Source: Mucilaginibacter sp. (GTDB taxonomy: Bacteria > Bacteroidota > Bacteroidia > Sphingobacteriales > Sphingobacteriaceae). From it: a stretch of DNA of 64,000 nucleotides. Shown in pieces: positions 49,358-59,013 of this stretch; position 1 is the first letter of the stretch; every line of letters begins with the position of its first letter. The stretch is from NCBI RefSeq assembly GCF_039925265.1, contig NZ_JBDSZG010000024.1, positions 15,626 to 79,625 on the forward strand, given 5' to 3'. The notes beneath the pieces are model-generated. The model was not told the origin of the DNA. It was given only the letters and a program-made list of their open reading frames with translations, and did no database searches. A program made the translations under genes and the position numbers.

Positions 49358-50626
49358 CTATTTATGCTGTAATGGTTCTGCTTTTTCATTGCCGGAGAAG
49401 ATGAGAAGCGAAAAGAAAACGCTGTAAAAAAATATGCCTTTATCCACATCCAAAAAATTCTCAGAGCAGGACACGGCAGCAATGATCACCATAAAGGCGA
49501 ACAGCAGAATATCTTTCCTAAATATGGCTTTCCGGAAACCAAAGTAAAGCGTGCTTAAATAAGCCAGCAAGCCAATGATGCCGGTTTTGATAAAAAAGCT
49601 AATGAATTGGTTGTGCGCGTTCAACCCAGCCAGGTAAGAGCGGTAAAACCGTGCCTCGAAAAAGCGCTCCTTCAGCAGCCCGATTTCCGAGCCTGAACCA
49701 TGCCCAATAATTGGCGACTGTACCGCCAGCTTTAAAGCAACCTGCCAGCGGGCCAGCCTTGGGTCGAAAAGTTCATCGGCTTTTGCCTTGCTTAGGTCGG
49801 TTTTCAGGTCGGTGATGTAGCGCTCTTTTAGGTTATCCATTTGGTAAATGCCGGTGATGATGGCTGCCGATAAGAAAAGCGTAGCGGCAGCGTATTTTAG
49901 CCGCACGGCGCCTTTCTGCAAAAAAACGGGAATGGCAATATTGATGATAATGAGCAGTGCCGCAAACACCGATTTTGAACCCAACTGGATAATACCTGTG
50001 GCCAGTATCGCGCAGCAAAACCAGCACAACCCTTTATAGTGCGTAGTTTCGGTTTTCAATAGTTCTGTTATCAAAAACACCAGGGCTATGGCCACCTGCA
50101 TCGAAAAAAATGTGGCGTGGATGTCCAGTGGACCCGAAAAATTATGATTGGTAAAGTCAGATGAAAATAACGCCGATAATGGGAAATTGTAAAATCGGAT
50201 AGCCCTCAATGCCTGCATATACAGCAAAAGAATAGCTATGGTACTGCTCAACGCGAATGTTAAAAGCAGGCTGCCCCTGTACTTCTTTACGTCCAGCGGG
50301 TTGAGGCAAAACACCAGCGGGAAAAGTAAAATAGTGATCTGCTTGGCCCACTCGTTAAAGGCTTCGGGCTTGTTGATGCTGTAGAATGTACCCGCAACCG
50401 TAACAAAAAACACCGATGCCAGCACGATATTGGTTGTGGTAAGCAATGGTTTTATATCGACCCTGCTCAGGTTTATCAGTGTGTGAAGGATAAAGCTGAT
50501 CAGGATCAAATGGCTGTAAAACCTGTCGTACGGCAGGCTGATGAGCAGCAACACTAAATGGTAATAGCTGATCTGGTTGGCCAGGCTATCTGCTGCCGGG
50601 AACAATTTTTTCAAGGTTGCGGGCAT
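49358..50626 (-). CDS. O-antigen ligase/Wzy_C-family membrane protein
   Basis: Multi-TM; RLARW, GHGSG, NAHNQFI...GIIG. Confidence 0.85.
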   Translation of the reverse strand: MPATLKKLFPAADSLANQISYYHLVLLLISLPYDRFYSHLILISFILHTLINLSRVDIKPLLTTTNIVLASVFFVTVAGTFYSINKPEAFNEWAKQITILLFPLVFCLNPLDVKKYRGSLLLTFALSSTIAILLLYMQALRAIRFYNFPLSALFSSDFTNHNFSGPLDIHATFFSMQVAIALVFLITELLKTETTHYKGLCWFCCAILATGIIQLGSKSVFAALLIIINIAIPVFLQKGAVRLKYAAATLFLSAAIITGIYQMDNLKERYITDLKTDLSKAKADELFDPRLARWQVALKLAVQSPIIGHGSGSEIGLLKERFFEARFYRSYLAGLNAHNQFISFFIKTGIIGLLAYLSTLYFGFRKAIFRKDILLFAFMVIIAAVSCSENFLDVDKGIFFYSVFFSLLIFSGNEKAEPLQHK

Positions 50627-51719
50627 AGTGGCATTCCATTATAAATTCTTCGTACTCGTCTATGATCTTTTCCCAGTTAAACTGGTATTGTATTTTGTGC
50701 AAATTGTTTTTCACCATCGTTTTTTCGATGTCGTGGCGTTGCACGTTCTCTACCAGGTTTCGTACCTCGGCGGCGTTATTAAAATAGAAAGCGTCAGAAC
50801 TCAGTACCGATTTATTAAAAGGGTTATCGTGCGCCGCGATGAGCGCCTCGCTGGCCATCGCCTCTAAAAGCGATGGGTTAGTGCCACCAACGCTATGCCC
50901 GTGGAAATACAAATAAGAGTTGTTTTGCAGCGACCGAACCGCCGTATTATCAAATATCGACCCCTTGAACTGGATGCGTTCGTCGTTCTTGAATTTATGG
51001 GTGATGTATTTGCCAAAGCGGTTGCCGGTATCGCCCAGCACCTTAAAGTTTTTGCGCGATGTGCTGTTGTTAAAGCCCTCTAAAATGCTTTCGATATTAT
51101 TCTCGGGCTCCATACGGGCCATCAGCAAAAAGTAGTCTTCCTTTTGCGCTTCGCTTTTATCAAACTGCTCGCGCTCCTGCTCGGAGAATAAGTCGGCGCC
51201 GTAGGGGATGTAGCGGCTATCGATATGGTATTTATCTTTCAGGTAGCCTTTAATTACCCGCGAATCGGCAATGTAAAACTGACTGTGCTTTACCGCCAGT
51301 TTTTCGGCATATTTTAAAAAGCGCTGCACGGGTTTGGAGTATTTGGATCGTTTCCATTCCAGCCCGTCCATATTGGTGATGATGGCGCTATCCTTAGGAT
51401 ACAGCCTCCCCCAAACCGAACTGCTGGTATAACCCATCAGCAGCACCACATCAAAGTTGCGTTTGCGGGCATCGGCCAGGCAATTAAAATCATAAGCAAA
51501 CTGGCCGGCTGTGCCTATTAAATATTCCGGGTCGTAGCGGTGTACAATGTCCACGCCGTTCCAGTTATGGGCGCTGTAGGGGTGATTGTGCGAGTTATAA
51601 ACCGTTACCGAATGCCCCTTTTTCACCAGCCCTTCTGATACGTACTCGGAGATATGCTCAAACCCGCCGTAATGGTTGGGGATGCCGCGGGTGCCTAAAA
51701 TGCCAATTCGTAGTTTCAT
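50586..51719 (-). CDS. Glycosyltransferase, GT4 with DUF1972-type N-terminus
   Basis: GTRGIPNHYGGFE, NMDGLEWKRSK, ARMEPENN, HSVGGTNPSLLEAM. Confidence 0.9.
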   Translation of the reverse strand: MKLRIGILGTRGIPNHYGGFEHISEYVSEGLVKKGHSVTVYNSHNHPYSAHNWNGVDIVHRYDPEYLIGTAGQFAYDFNCLADARKRNFDVVLLMGYTSSSVWGRLYPKDSAIITNMDGLEWKRSKYSKPVQRFLKYAEKLAVKHSQFYIADSRVIKGYLKDKYHIDSRYIPYGADLFSEQEREQFDKSEAQKEDYFLLMARMEPENNIESILEGFNNSTSRKNFKVLGDTGNRFGKYITHKFKNDERIQFKGSIFDNTAVRSLQNNSYLYFHGHSVGGTNPSLLEAMASEALIAAHDNPFNKSVLSSDAFYFNNAAEVRNLVENVQRHDIEKTMVKNNLHKIQYQFNWEKIIDEYEEFIMECHYARNLEKIVPGSR

Positions 51720-52795
51720 GCTGAGTATGCTAATTGATATGCTTTATATGTTTGTATGGCTGCCTGCTGCCAGGTAAACTGCTTTACTATTTTGCGGCGA
51801 AGGCCCTTGTTAAAATCTGCCTCGCTTGCTTTTTCAACCGCGGCCAGGATGCTTTTTGGCTGACCTGGGTCGCAATAAAAGGCGTCATCTGTAAAATATT
51901 CGCGGGTATCGCCTTTGTCAGTTATCACAATGTTGCAGCCCATGGCCGCCGCTTCTATCGAGCTTAGTCCAGTGGTTTCGAACCAGCTGGGCAGGATATG
52001 CACCTTTGCTGCCGAATAATATTTAACAAGCTCCTGCTGCGGGATGTGGCTAATAAAGCGGATATTATCTGCGGCTATAGCCCGGCACCGGTTATAATAG
52101 GCCAGCTGGTTTGGCGCGTGCGATCCAATCAGCATCAGCGTAAAACCGGTATTATTTAATGCTTTGATAAGGTTGAGCTGGTTTTTAATGCCCTCTATCC
52201 GCGCCACGCAAAGCACCAGGTTTTTGTTCCTGCTCAATTCCGTGTCGCAGGTAAAAAGCTTTGGATCGATGCCGTTTGTAACCACGCTAAATTTTGTGCT
52301 GCAAGTATATTGCTTAATAATACGTTGGTACTCCGACAACGAGTTAGGCAGTATCAGCGCTGCCTGGCGCAGTACTTTTTGGATGCTCTTGCGTTGCCCC
52401 ATCCACAGGTAGGCTTTGGCGGAAAGATGGTCTTTCCCCAATAACCAGCGGGCAATGGTTTTGATATAATCGATACCGTTTGCCGGCAGAAAAGCCATCA
52501 GCGCTCTTAACCCTTTGGCTTGTTGCTTATCGTATTCGCTGTAGTTGCACAGGATGGTTGATACCACGAAAGGTTTGTTGGCCTTTTGGCTGTGGTACAG
52601 GATATCCGCCGGGCGGGTAAGATTAAAGAAATGCAGCAGATCGAAATCCTCGTAACTGATCTCCTCGTTAGATAATTTTATGGACACATCCACGCCTATC
52701 TCCGCCAAATGGCGGGCTGTTTGCACCGCCTGTACCGTGTCCCCGCCGGGAACGGTGTATAAAGTAGACCGTGTGATAAATGCCACTCTCATCAT
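51716..52795 (-). CDS. Glycosyltransferase, GT4
   Basis: GGDTVQ, VARIEGIKNQ, PSWFETTGLSSIEAAAMG. Confidence 0.9.
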   Translation of the reverse strand: MMRVAFITRSTLYTVPGGDTVQAVQTARHLAEIGVDVSIKLSNEEISYEDFDLLHFFNLTRPADILYHSQKANKPFVVSTILCNYSEYDKQQAKGLRALMAFLPANGIDYIKTIARWLLGKDHLSAKAYLWMGQRKSIQKVLRQAALILPNSLSEYQRIIKQYTCSTKFSVVTNGIDPKLFTCDTELSRNKNLVLCVARIEGIKNQLNLIKALNNTGFTLMLIGSHAPNQLAYYNRCRAIAADNIRFISHIPQQELVKYYSAAKVHILPSWFETTGLSSIEAAAMGCNIVITDKGDTREYFTDDAFYCDPGQPKSILAAVEKASEADFNKGLRRKIVKQFTWQQAAIQTYKAYQLAYSA

Positions 52796-53742
52796 TTCGC
52801 CAGGTTTAGGTGCAGCCAGTTTATCAATCGCTCGGGGAGATAACTCACCGTGTAAAGCAGGTAATTATCCAAGCGCAATGGCTGTAGCGCAATGGCCTTA
52901 ACCATATGGCGCCGTGCACGCTGCGGTTGGTAATTGTTCAGCAAAAACTTTTTACCGCACAGGGCATAATAGGCCCCCTGCTTGTTTTTGGGCGAGTATT
53001 GCGTGCTGCCTATCTCGTGTAATTCTTTCCCTTCGGATGCCGTAATGCGCTGGGTTTTGAGTGAAGTATGCTTTATCAACCGGAATTTGCGCGTATGCCA
53101 TTTTTCATCAATGGTAACCGATTCGGGGTTGAGCCGCACCTTTATCAGCGACTGTGGCAGGTTGCAGGCCTTTTCTGTTTTAAGCAGGTTGGCCCATAAA
53201 AAATGATCCTCAAAGGTATAAGCATGCTCATTGTATCCTCCGGCATTTATGATAACGTCTTTTTTGTAAAGTACGCAGGAGTGGATCATGGGACAAACGC
53301 GCACATCCAGCTTTTTAATTTCATCATAGCTGTAACCCGCCAATTGGTGCTTGAATAGAAATTCACCTTCGGTATTAATATAATCCGCTTCGGAGCCAAT
53401 GATGCTGTATTCGGGATGCGTGCAGATAAAATCGTATTGCGTCTGCAGTCGGGTGGGGTAGCAAATATCATCGGCATCGAAACGGGCGATGTATGGCGCA
53501 CGGGCATATTTTAACCCGGTATTGAGGGCCGCCGCTACGCCTTTGTTAGCCTGGTGGATTACCACGATGCGGGCATCGTTGAACGAACTGATGACATCCA
53601 GCGTATCATCTTTAGAGCCGTCGTTAACGATCATCAACTCAAAATCATCGAAGGTTTGCGCCAGTACCGAACTGATGGCCTCGCGGATATATTTACCGGC
53701 ATCATAAGCCGGCATTAATACGGTGATCTTTGGCTCATGCAT
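52792..53742 (-). CDS. Glycosyltransferase, GT2
   Basis: VLMPAYD, VNDGSKD, ARFDADD, EDHFLW; start at ATG 53742. Confidence 0.9.
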   Translation of the reverse strand: MHEPKITVLMPAYDAGKYIREAISSVLAQTFDDFELMIVNDGSKDDTLDVISSFNDARIVVIHQANKGVAAALNTGLKYARAPYIARFDADDICYPTRLQTQYDFICTHPEYSIIGSEADYINTEGEFLFKHQLAGYSYDEIKKLDVRVCPMIHSCVLYKKDVIINAGGYNEHAYTFEDHFLWANLLKTEKACNLPQSLIKVRLNPESVTIDEKWHTRKFRLIKHTSLKTQRITASEGKELHEIGSTQYSPKNKQGAYYALCGKKFLLNNYQPQRARRHMVKAIALQPLRLDNYLLYTVSYLPERLINWLHLNLAK

Positions 53743-55390
53743 GGCTAAGCCCTCCTTCCCGCGCTTCGGTCTCTTTAATGTTGAGGAACAACAACAGCTC
53801 GAAAAACACCAGGATGGATAATTGCTCAAACCAGTAATCCACAAAAAGCACCGCCATCAGCAACAACAAAATGGGCAGCCCGTAAGTAAGTTTGTGGTAG
53901 TGCCAGGCAAAAAACCACAGGTAATAAACAAAGAAGATAACTAAGCCAATGAGGCCGTATTCGGCTAATAGCTGGTCGTAAACCGAAAAAGGGCTGTTGG
54001 TTAAGGAATGCAGCCCGGTTTGCTTGCTAAAAAAATCGAGGTACACATCCAGGTGGTTCGTTAAAAAATCGGGATTTATGTAGATGTATCGGTGCGGATA
54101 TCCGCCTGCTATGCCCAGCCCCGTTGCCCGGAATGCCAGTTTGGATGAGAAGTTACCCATGCCATCGCCGGTAAGTACTTTGGCAGGGTGCTGCATCAAA
54201 AATTTACCCGTTTGTAAAACGCTGATGGCTTTACCCGGCAAGGCAGGTACCCGGATGGTTCTGGCAGAAATGGGCAGCGCCGTATCGTGCGTGTTGATAA
54301 ACCTGATGAGCGGTTGCTGGGCCGCCTGTGGTACTTTTATGCTTTGGTAGGTTGCCGAGTGGATGTTGGCCTGCGGCATTAAGATGCGCCCATCATCGTT
54401 ACGGATAACCTCTTTTTTTACAACGGGCAACTTGCCTTTGGTGTCTTTTAAATATTCGGCGCTGCTTAGGCTATCCAGGTACAGTTTCGCGAATTTCTCC
54501 TTCCGTTCTTCGGGGTTTAGGGTAGAGTCGGGGCGTTCGCTTATGGGTAGTAAGGCTGCCTGCGTAACAGCATGGCGTGCCGGTTTTTCAAAAGTGTTCT
54601 TGATGGTCTCGGCTACATAAATATTGTTTTGCGGTGATACCTTCACCATAAAAGTAACCAGAAACATAAGGCAGATAACCACCAGACTTTTTTGCGCGCG
54701 GGTACTTCTGAAAATAAACAGCAGGCCAAGGATGAGCAGTAAAACAATATTGATAAAGTTGCTCCCGGTTAAAAGCAAGGTGGACATACTGGCCATTAGC
54801 ATCAGTGGTTTTTGGCGTGCCAAAAAATAAATAACGCCCATGGCATTAATAGCGGCATTGGTGGTGCTGGTGTCGAAGGTTACGCCCTTGATATAGTCGC
54901 CCGTGCCGATGAAGTATTTTTGATAATTGCCCTGGTAAGTATAGGGGTTGAGGGCATGCGTTTCGATGATGATGCGGAGCAGGTTGATGGCCGATACGCC
55001 TGCGTTGATGGCAAAAAATACGAGGAGCGTGTTGTGCAGTACTTCCACGCTTTGCTTTTCTACCGAGAGTTTTACCTGATGAATGGCCAGTATGCACAAC
55101 AGCCAAAAAAACAGCCCCGTGGCAAAAACGATGAGGTAATTGATGTTTTGAAAACCTTTGCCAATAAACAAGCCTACAAACGACAGCGGAATAATGAGCA
55201 GGTAAAATAATGGCAGCCGCGAATTTTTAAGGCTGAAGCCAAACTTAAAATCGAATTGTAGCAGGTAGATCAGCGCTAAGGCGGGGATCTTTATCGCCAA
55301 CTTTACATTTAAAAACAGCAGGAGTAAGGCAAGCAGTTTCCAGTCTGCATAACTCTTCCATTTTTTAATGTCGATAGGGCTTATGGCCAT
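53735..55390 (-). CDS. Wzy/WaaL-like polytopic membrane protein with a large soluble insertion
   Basis: Many TM segments; GDGMGNF and QLLAEYGLIG resemble Wzy_C motifs; hydrophilic stretch of roughly 150 aa precedes them. Confidence 0.55.
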   Translation of the reverse strand: MAISPIDIKKWKSYADWKLLALLLLFLNVKLAIKIPALALIYLLQFDFKFGFSLKNSRLPLFYLLIIPLSFVGLFIGKGFQNINYLIVFATGLFFWLLCILAIHQVKLSVEKQSVEVLHNTLLVFFAINAGVSAINLLRIIIETHALNPYTYQGNYQKYFIGTGDYIKGVTFDTSTTNAAINAMGVIYFLARQKPLMLMASMSTLLLTGSNFINIVLLLILGLLFIFRSTRAQKSLVVICLMFLVTFMVKVSPQNNIYVAETIKNTFEKPARHAVTQAALLPISERPDSTLNPEERKEKFAKLYLDSLSSAEYLKDTKGKLPVVKKEVIRNDDGRILMPQANIHSATYQSIKVPQAAQQPLIRFINTHDTALPISARTIRVPALPGKAISVLQTGKFLMQHPAKVLTGDGMGNFSSKLAFRATGLGIAGGYPHRYIYINPDFLTNHLDVYLDFFSKQTGLHSLTNSPFSVYDQLLAEYGLIGLVIFFVYYLWFFAWHYHKLTYGLPILLLLMAVLFVDYWFEQLSILVFFELLLFLNIKETEAREGGLSHA

Positions 55391-55484
55391 TGCGTCTTTA
55401 TAGTTTTAGCTGAATTGGGGAGCAAGCGGCAACAGCCGCCTATCCGGGGAGAATTGCTTCTGCCCGGGTTAATTCTCTAAAAAC

Positions 55485-55512
55485 ATTACGCTTTGGAATT
55501 TGGAATGGTTGC
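55485..55512 (-). promoter_or_regulatory. Putative ECF sigma promoter (site 5)
   Basis: Minus strand GCAACC-16 nt-CGTAAT, facing ATG 55390. Confidence 0.75.
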
Positions 55513-55662
55513 CTGTGGATGGCGGCCGTGGAGGATATTTAATATGAGGACGGGATGAATTTTTGCATGAAGTTTGTGTTGTTTGCGAAAAGCAATTGTT
55601 TGGCCTCGGTTAATTATCTTTACGGTAAAGCAATAGCCCTATGATTAGATAGCCCTCATAAA

Positions 55663-55799
55663 ACGTTCCTATGGAACGTGAAAATGTTTTTACTTATTTC
55701 TACCCATAAGTCGTTCCGACGGAACGTTTTCTTTTCAGCCCTTAGGGCTGTTTTATGGGTAGAAAACCCCAACAATTTTTCTACGTTCCATCGGAACGT
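55663..55799. repeat. REP/REPIN-like palindrome cluster
   Basis: ACGTTCC-TAT-GGAACGT (55663), CGTTCC-GAC-GGAACG (55712), CAGCCC-TTA-GGGCTG (55736), ACGTTCC-ATC-GGAACGT (55783); TTCTACCCATAA/TTATGGGTAGAA arms at 55698 and 55753. Confidence 0.8.
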
Positions 55800-55868
55800 C
55801 TGATGAAACGGAGCCTATCCAAGTCCAATACGCGATTACCTTGGCCAATGCTCATACCAAATAAGAAT

Positions 55869-57293
55869 TTATCCCGAAAATGCTGCCGCTGCAGTTTTCC
55901 TATCGCTAAGCCTTAGTTGTTTGCTTAGGTAAAGTAGCACGATATACAGGAAGGTTCCCAGCAGCAATGCCAGCCAGCAATTAACCGCACATGATTTCAT
56001 GGCTACGCCGCTTGCCAGGGCGCAAGCCGTGCACAGCGCCAGGTTTTGCCAAATGGCATTTAATTGCTTAATACGGTTATGGCTCAAATAAAACACTGCC
56101 TGCACCACATAAGATGCCAGGAAGCCTGTGGCCGCACCCTCATTGCCAAAGTAGGGTATCAGCACCACATCCAGCCCGGCGTTTACCAAAAAGGTAATGA
56201 TGAAACCTTTCAATATCATCTTCATTTCGCCTTTGGCAAAAAAGATGGTCCACAAAAAATTATTAAGGTACAGGAAAGGGATGCAAAGCGATAGGATAAA
56301 AACAGTGCCGGCATTAACAGCGCCGTATTTGCCCGCAGTAATAGCATCCATTACCGGCGACCAGAGGATGTTGAGCGCCAGCCCGGTAAAAGCGGCAATG
56401 GCCATTTCGGCGCGTAAAAGGTTTTGAAGGCCAGCGATATCGGCGGTGCCTTGCTTAAACATTTTTGTAAATTTAGGTATCAGCAGCGGCGCAATGGCCA
56501 GCAGTGGCAGGGTACTCATTTCAAAAACCTTATAAGCAAAACTGTATTCGGCCAGTTTAACTGCCGATGCCATAAAACCGATAAATACCCAGTCGAACCG
56601 GGCTATGGCCGAGGTGAGGATGTTAACCCCCGTTTGCGGCAGTGCCTCGCGGAGCAGGGCGGTATATTTAGCCCGGTGCCATAAGATATTAAACAAAATT
56701 TTTGTGCCACGACTGAAAATGATCGCGGTGATCAGTAGCTCCAGCACATCTCCGGCTACAAAAATTATAACGGCATTTTGTAATGAAATGGCGTGTATAA
56801 TAGCCAGCATCAGCAAAGCCACGCTACGTATTAGGTTTGATACTATTAGCATAGTACCCAGCAGGCGGAAGCGTTCCAGCCCGCTGGCAGCCTGTTTAAA
56901 GGGGGTGGAAAAGTAGATCATCAGCTTGCCCGCGCCAACAAGTAAAAGCAAGGGATAAACGCCATTGGTTTGGCTGATGAATAAGCTGCCCAGCAATATC
57001 AACCCATAAAATAAAAAGCCGGTGAGCAGTACATGGAACAGGTAAAGCGAGAGCACTTCCCCTGCGTCTTCGCCCGAAGCTATTTTGCGGATGGATACCT
57101 GGTCGATACCCAGCGAGAGCAGGTTAAAGGCCATCATCAGGATAGCCAGCGCGAGGTTCAGCTGCCCGAAACTGTTTTTATCGAGCCCGGTAGAGAGCAG
57201 GTAAAAAATAACCAGTCCGGCCAGTTGATTAATAACCAGCTGCAGGGTATTTGCCGAAAGATTTTGAAATAGTTTGCTTTTCAAAACGATCAA
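55869..57293 (-). CDS. Wzx/MOP-family oligosaccharide flippase
   Basis: About 12-14 TM segments, SFGQLNLA, RFDWVFIG...AEYSFAYK, YFGNEGAA. Confidence 0.85.
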   Translation of the reverse strand: MIVLKSKLFQNLSANTLQLVINQLAGLVIFYLLSTGLDKNSFGQLNLALAILMMAFNLLSLGIDQVSIRKIASGEDAGEVLSLYLFHVLLTGFLFYGLILLGSLFISQTNGVYPLLLLVGAGKLMIYFSTPFKQAASGLERFRLLGTMLIVSNLIRSVALLMLAIIHAISLQNAVIIFVAGDVLELLITAIIFSRGTKILFNILWHRAKYTALLREALPQTGVNILTSAIARFDWVFIGFMASAVKLAEYSFAYKVFEMSTLPLLAIAPLLIPKFTKMFKQGTADIAGLQNLLRAEMAIAAFTGLALNILWSPVMDAITAGKYGAVNAGTVFILSLCIPFLYLNNFLWTIFFAKGEMKMILKGFIITFLVNAGLDVVLIPYFGNEGAATGFLASYVVQAVFYLSHNRIKQLNAIWQNLALCTACALASGVAMKSCAVNCWLALLLGTFLYIVLLYLSKQLRLSDRKTAAAAFSG

Positions 57294-58096
57294 TATTCAA
57301 CCACCAGTTTTTTGGGTGCCGGTAACTTACCCGAAGGTAGGTATTTGCCTGCTTCAAAAAGTTTTAAGTAATGATATTTAAGCCGGGTGTTTTTGTAAAG
57401 CATCAGCGCGATATCCAACCCTTCCAGTCCATCTAAAAAGCCTAACCGGATAAGGTAGCTGATGAGAAAGCAAAATACAGGCGAAAGGTAGAGCTTAAAA
57501 AAAGCGGCCTTTTTGCCGGCGCTTAAGTATTTGATGGCGCTTAGTCGAGCGTAATGAATCGCTTTTTTATCGCACTCTTTTATATTTTGTACCGAGTAAT
57601 GGTGCAGGTAGCCGCCTACCCTTTTTACAGTAGCGCCGGGCGGAAGCAGTAAAGTTTCGTGCACCTCCGTTTCCGACCATTTTACCCGTGTGCGGTTAAA
57701 AAGGCGGCGGTGGTGATCTCGGCCCCAGGTGCCGTATTTAATTAGCTTATCCCCAAAGTAAGATCGGAATTGGATATCGTACACCACATCAGGGTTATCA
57801 AATGTTAGGCAGTGCAGAGTGTTGATGAGCTGCACATCGGCTATCTCATCAGCATCGATGCTTAAGATCCAGTCGTGCCGGGCCAGCGCTATCCCCTTGT
57901 TTTTATTCGCGCCGTAGCCATCCCAGCTTTTGTGGTAAACGCGGCAGCCGTAAGCTTCGGCAATTTTCAGGGTATCATCGGTGCTGCCATTGTCTACCAC
58001 TACGATATCATCGCTGATAAAGCTTGCCATTTTAAGGCATCTGCCCAATATGGCCGCTTCGTTTTTGGTAATAATTACGATGGAAACCGGTATCAT
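57290..58096 (-). CDS. Glycosyltransferase, GT2 (WaaE/KdtX-like)
   Basis: VIITKNE, VDNGSTD, LSIDADE, VHE, LHHYS, GFLDGLEG. Confidence 0.88.
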   Translation of the reverse strand: MIPVSIVIITKNEAAILGRCLKMASFISDDIVVVDNGSTDDTLKIAEAYGCRVYHKSWDGYGANKNKGIALARHDWILSIDADEIADVQLINTLHCLTFDNPDVVYDIQFRSYFGDKLIKYGTWGRDHHRRLFNRTRVKWSETEVHETLLLPPGATVKRVGGYLHHYSVQNIKECDKKAIHYARLSAIKYLSAGKKAAFFKLYLSPVFCFLISYLIRLGFLDGLEGLDIALMLYKNTRLKYHYLKLFEAGKYLPSGKLPAPKKLVVEY

Positions 58097-58160
58097 TTAT
58101 GGATATTGTATGATGAATAATAGCATGTAACTTACCTTTTATTGCGGCTGGTTATATACT

Positions 58161-58188
58161 ATATCGTTTGCAATGGGGCAGGGGTTGC
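58161..58188 (-). promoter_or_regulatory. Putative ECF sigma promoter (site 6)
   Basis: Minus strand GCAACC-16 nt-CGATAT, facing ATG 58096. Confidence 0.7.
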
Positions 58189-58296
58189 CTCGGGTAAAGG
58201 TGCAGGAGAAATAAATATTGAATGGTTTTACCTAAAAATTTAAACTCTTTAAAATCAAATGTTTAAACAGCGGTAAAATATTTTTTAAATAAACAG

Positions 58297-58324
58297 GCAA
58301 CCTTTAAACCTGCAATTACGTGAT
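58297..58324 (+). promoter_or_regulatory. Putative ECF sigma autoregulatory promoter (site 7)
   Basis: GCAACC-16 nt-CGTGAT, about 50 nt upstream of the sigma ATG 58372. Confidence 0.72.
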
Positions 58325-58371
58325 GTAGAAAGATAAGGTTAAATTTATAGGCATATAGTTTAATAACCCGC

Positions 58372-59013
58372 ATGGGCGACGAAGAGTTACATCAACTGAT
58401 ACGAGGCTGTGTAAAGCAGGACAGGAAATGTCAGAAAATGCTGTATAAGGCATTTTACGGCTTTTCTATGGGCATTTGCCTGCGCTATGCCAACAACCGG
58501 GATGAGGCTGCCGAAGTAATGAATCAGGGGTTTTATAAGGTTTATACGCATATCGAGCGGTTTGATATGACGCGGCCGTTTAAAGCATGGTTGGGCCGTA
58601 TTATGATGAATGTTTCTATCGATTACTATCGCGCCAACCTTAAAATGGCCTATACCGACGACCTGGATAAGGCCGAACATTTAACCGACGGCGAGCTGGT
58701 AGACCGCAACCTAAACTATGAGGACCTGCTGCGCATGGTGCAGCAATTGCCTCAGGCCTACCGTACGGTGTTCAACCTTTTCGCTATAGATGGGTACTCG
58801 CACGAGGAGATAGGAGATATGCTGAACATCAGCCCGGGGACATCAAAATCGAATTTGCACAAGGCCCGACAAAAATTAAAAACAATGATCTTAAAAGCAG
58901 ACGATGCTGCAAACAGCCAAAACTATAACCGGGGGATGGATTATAACCCCATAGTAGCGATGTGTGGCAGCGATATCAAAAACGCTTTTTTTAATAATGG
59001 TATCAGAAAATGA
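58372..59013 (+). CDS. ECF RNA polymerase sigma-70 factor
   Basis: Region 2 (EAAEVMNQGF...FKAWLGRI) and region 4 (LPQAYRTVF...YSHEEIG...GTSKSNLHKAR), plus a C-terminal tail of about 35 aa. Confidence 0.93.
   Translation: MGDEELHQLIRGCVKQDRKCQKMLYKAFYGFSMGICLRYANNRDEAAEVMNQGFYKVYTHIERFDMTRPFKAWLGRIMMNVSIDYYRANLKMAYTDDLDKAEHLTDGELVDRNLNYEDLLRMVQQLPQAYRTVFNLFAIDGYSHEEIGDMLNISPGTSKSNLHKARQKLKTMILKADDAANSQNYNRGMDYNPIVAMCGSDIKNAFFNNGIRK

Noticed and set aside
55663-55799. CRISPR array
   Set aside because: Units are 15-17-nt palindromes with irregular spacing, there are no constant-length spacers and no cas genes.
34457-58371. RiPP cluster (radical SAM/SPASM plus ABC transporter)
   Set aside because: No convincing precursor ORF in the intergenic gaps, no peptidase or C39 domain, no PqqD/RRE-like gene; the context is glycosyltransferases. 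A distant precursor cannot be excluded.
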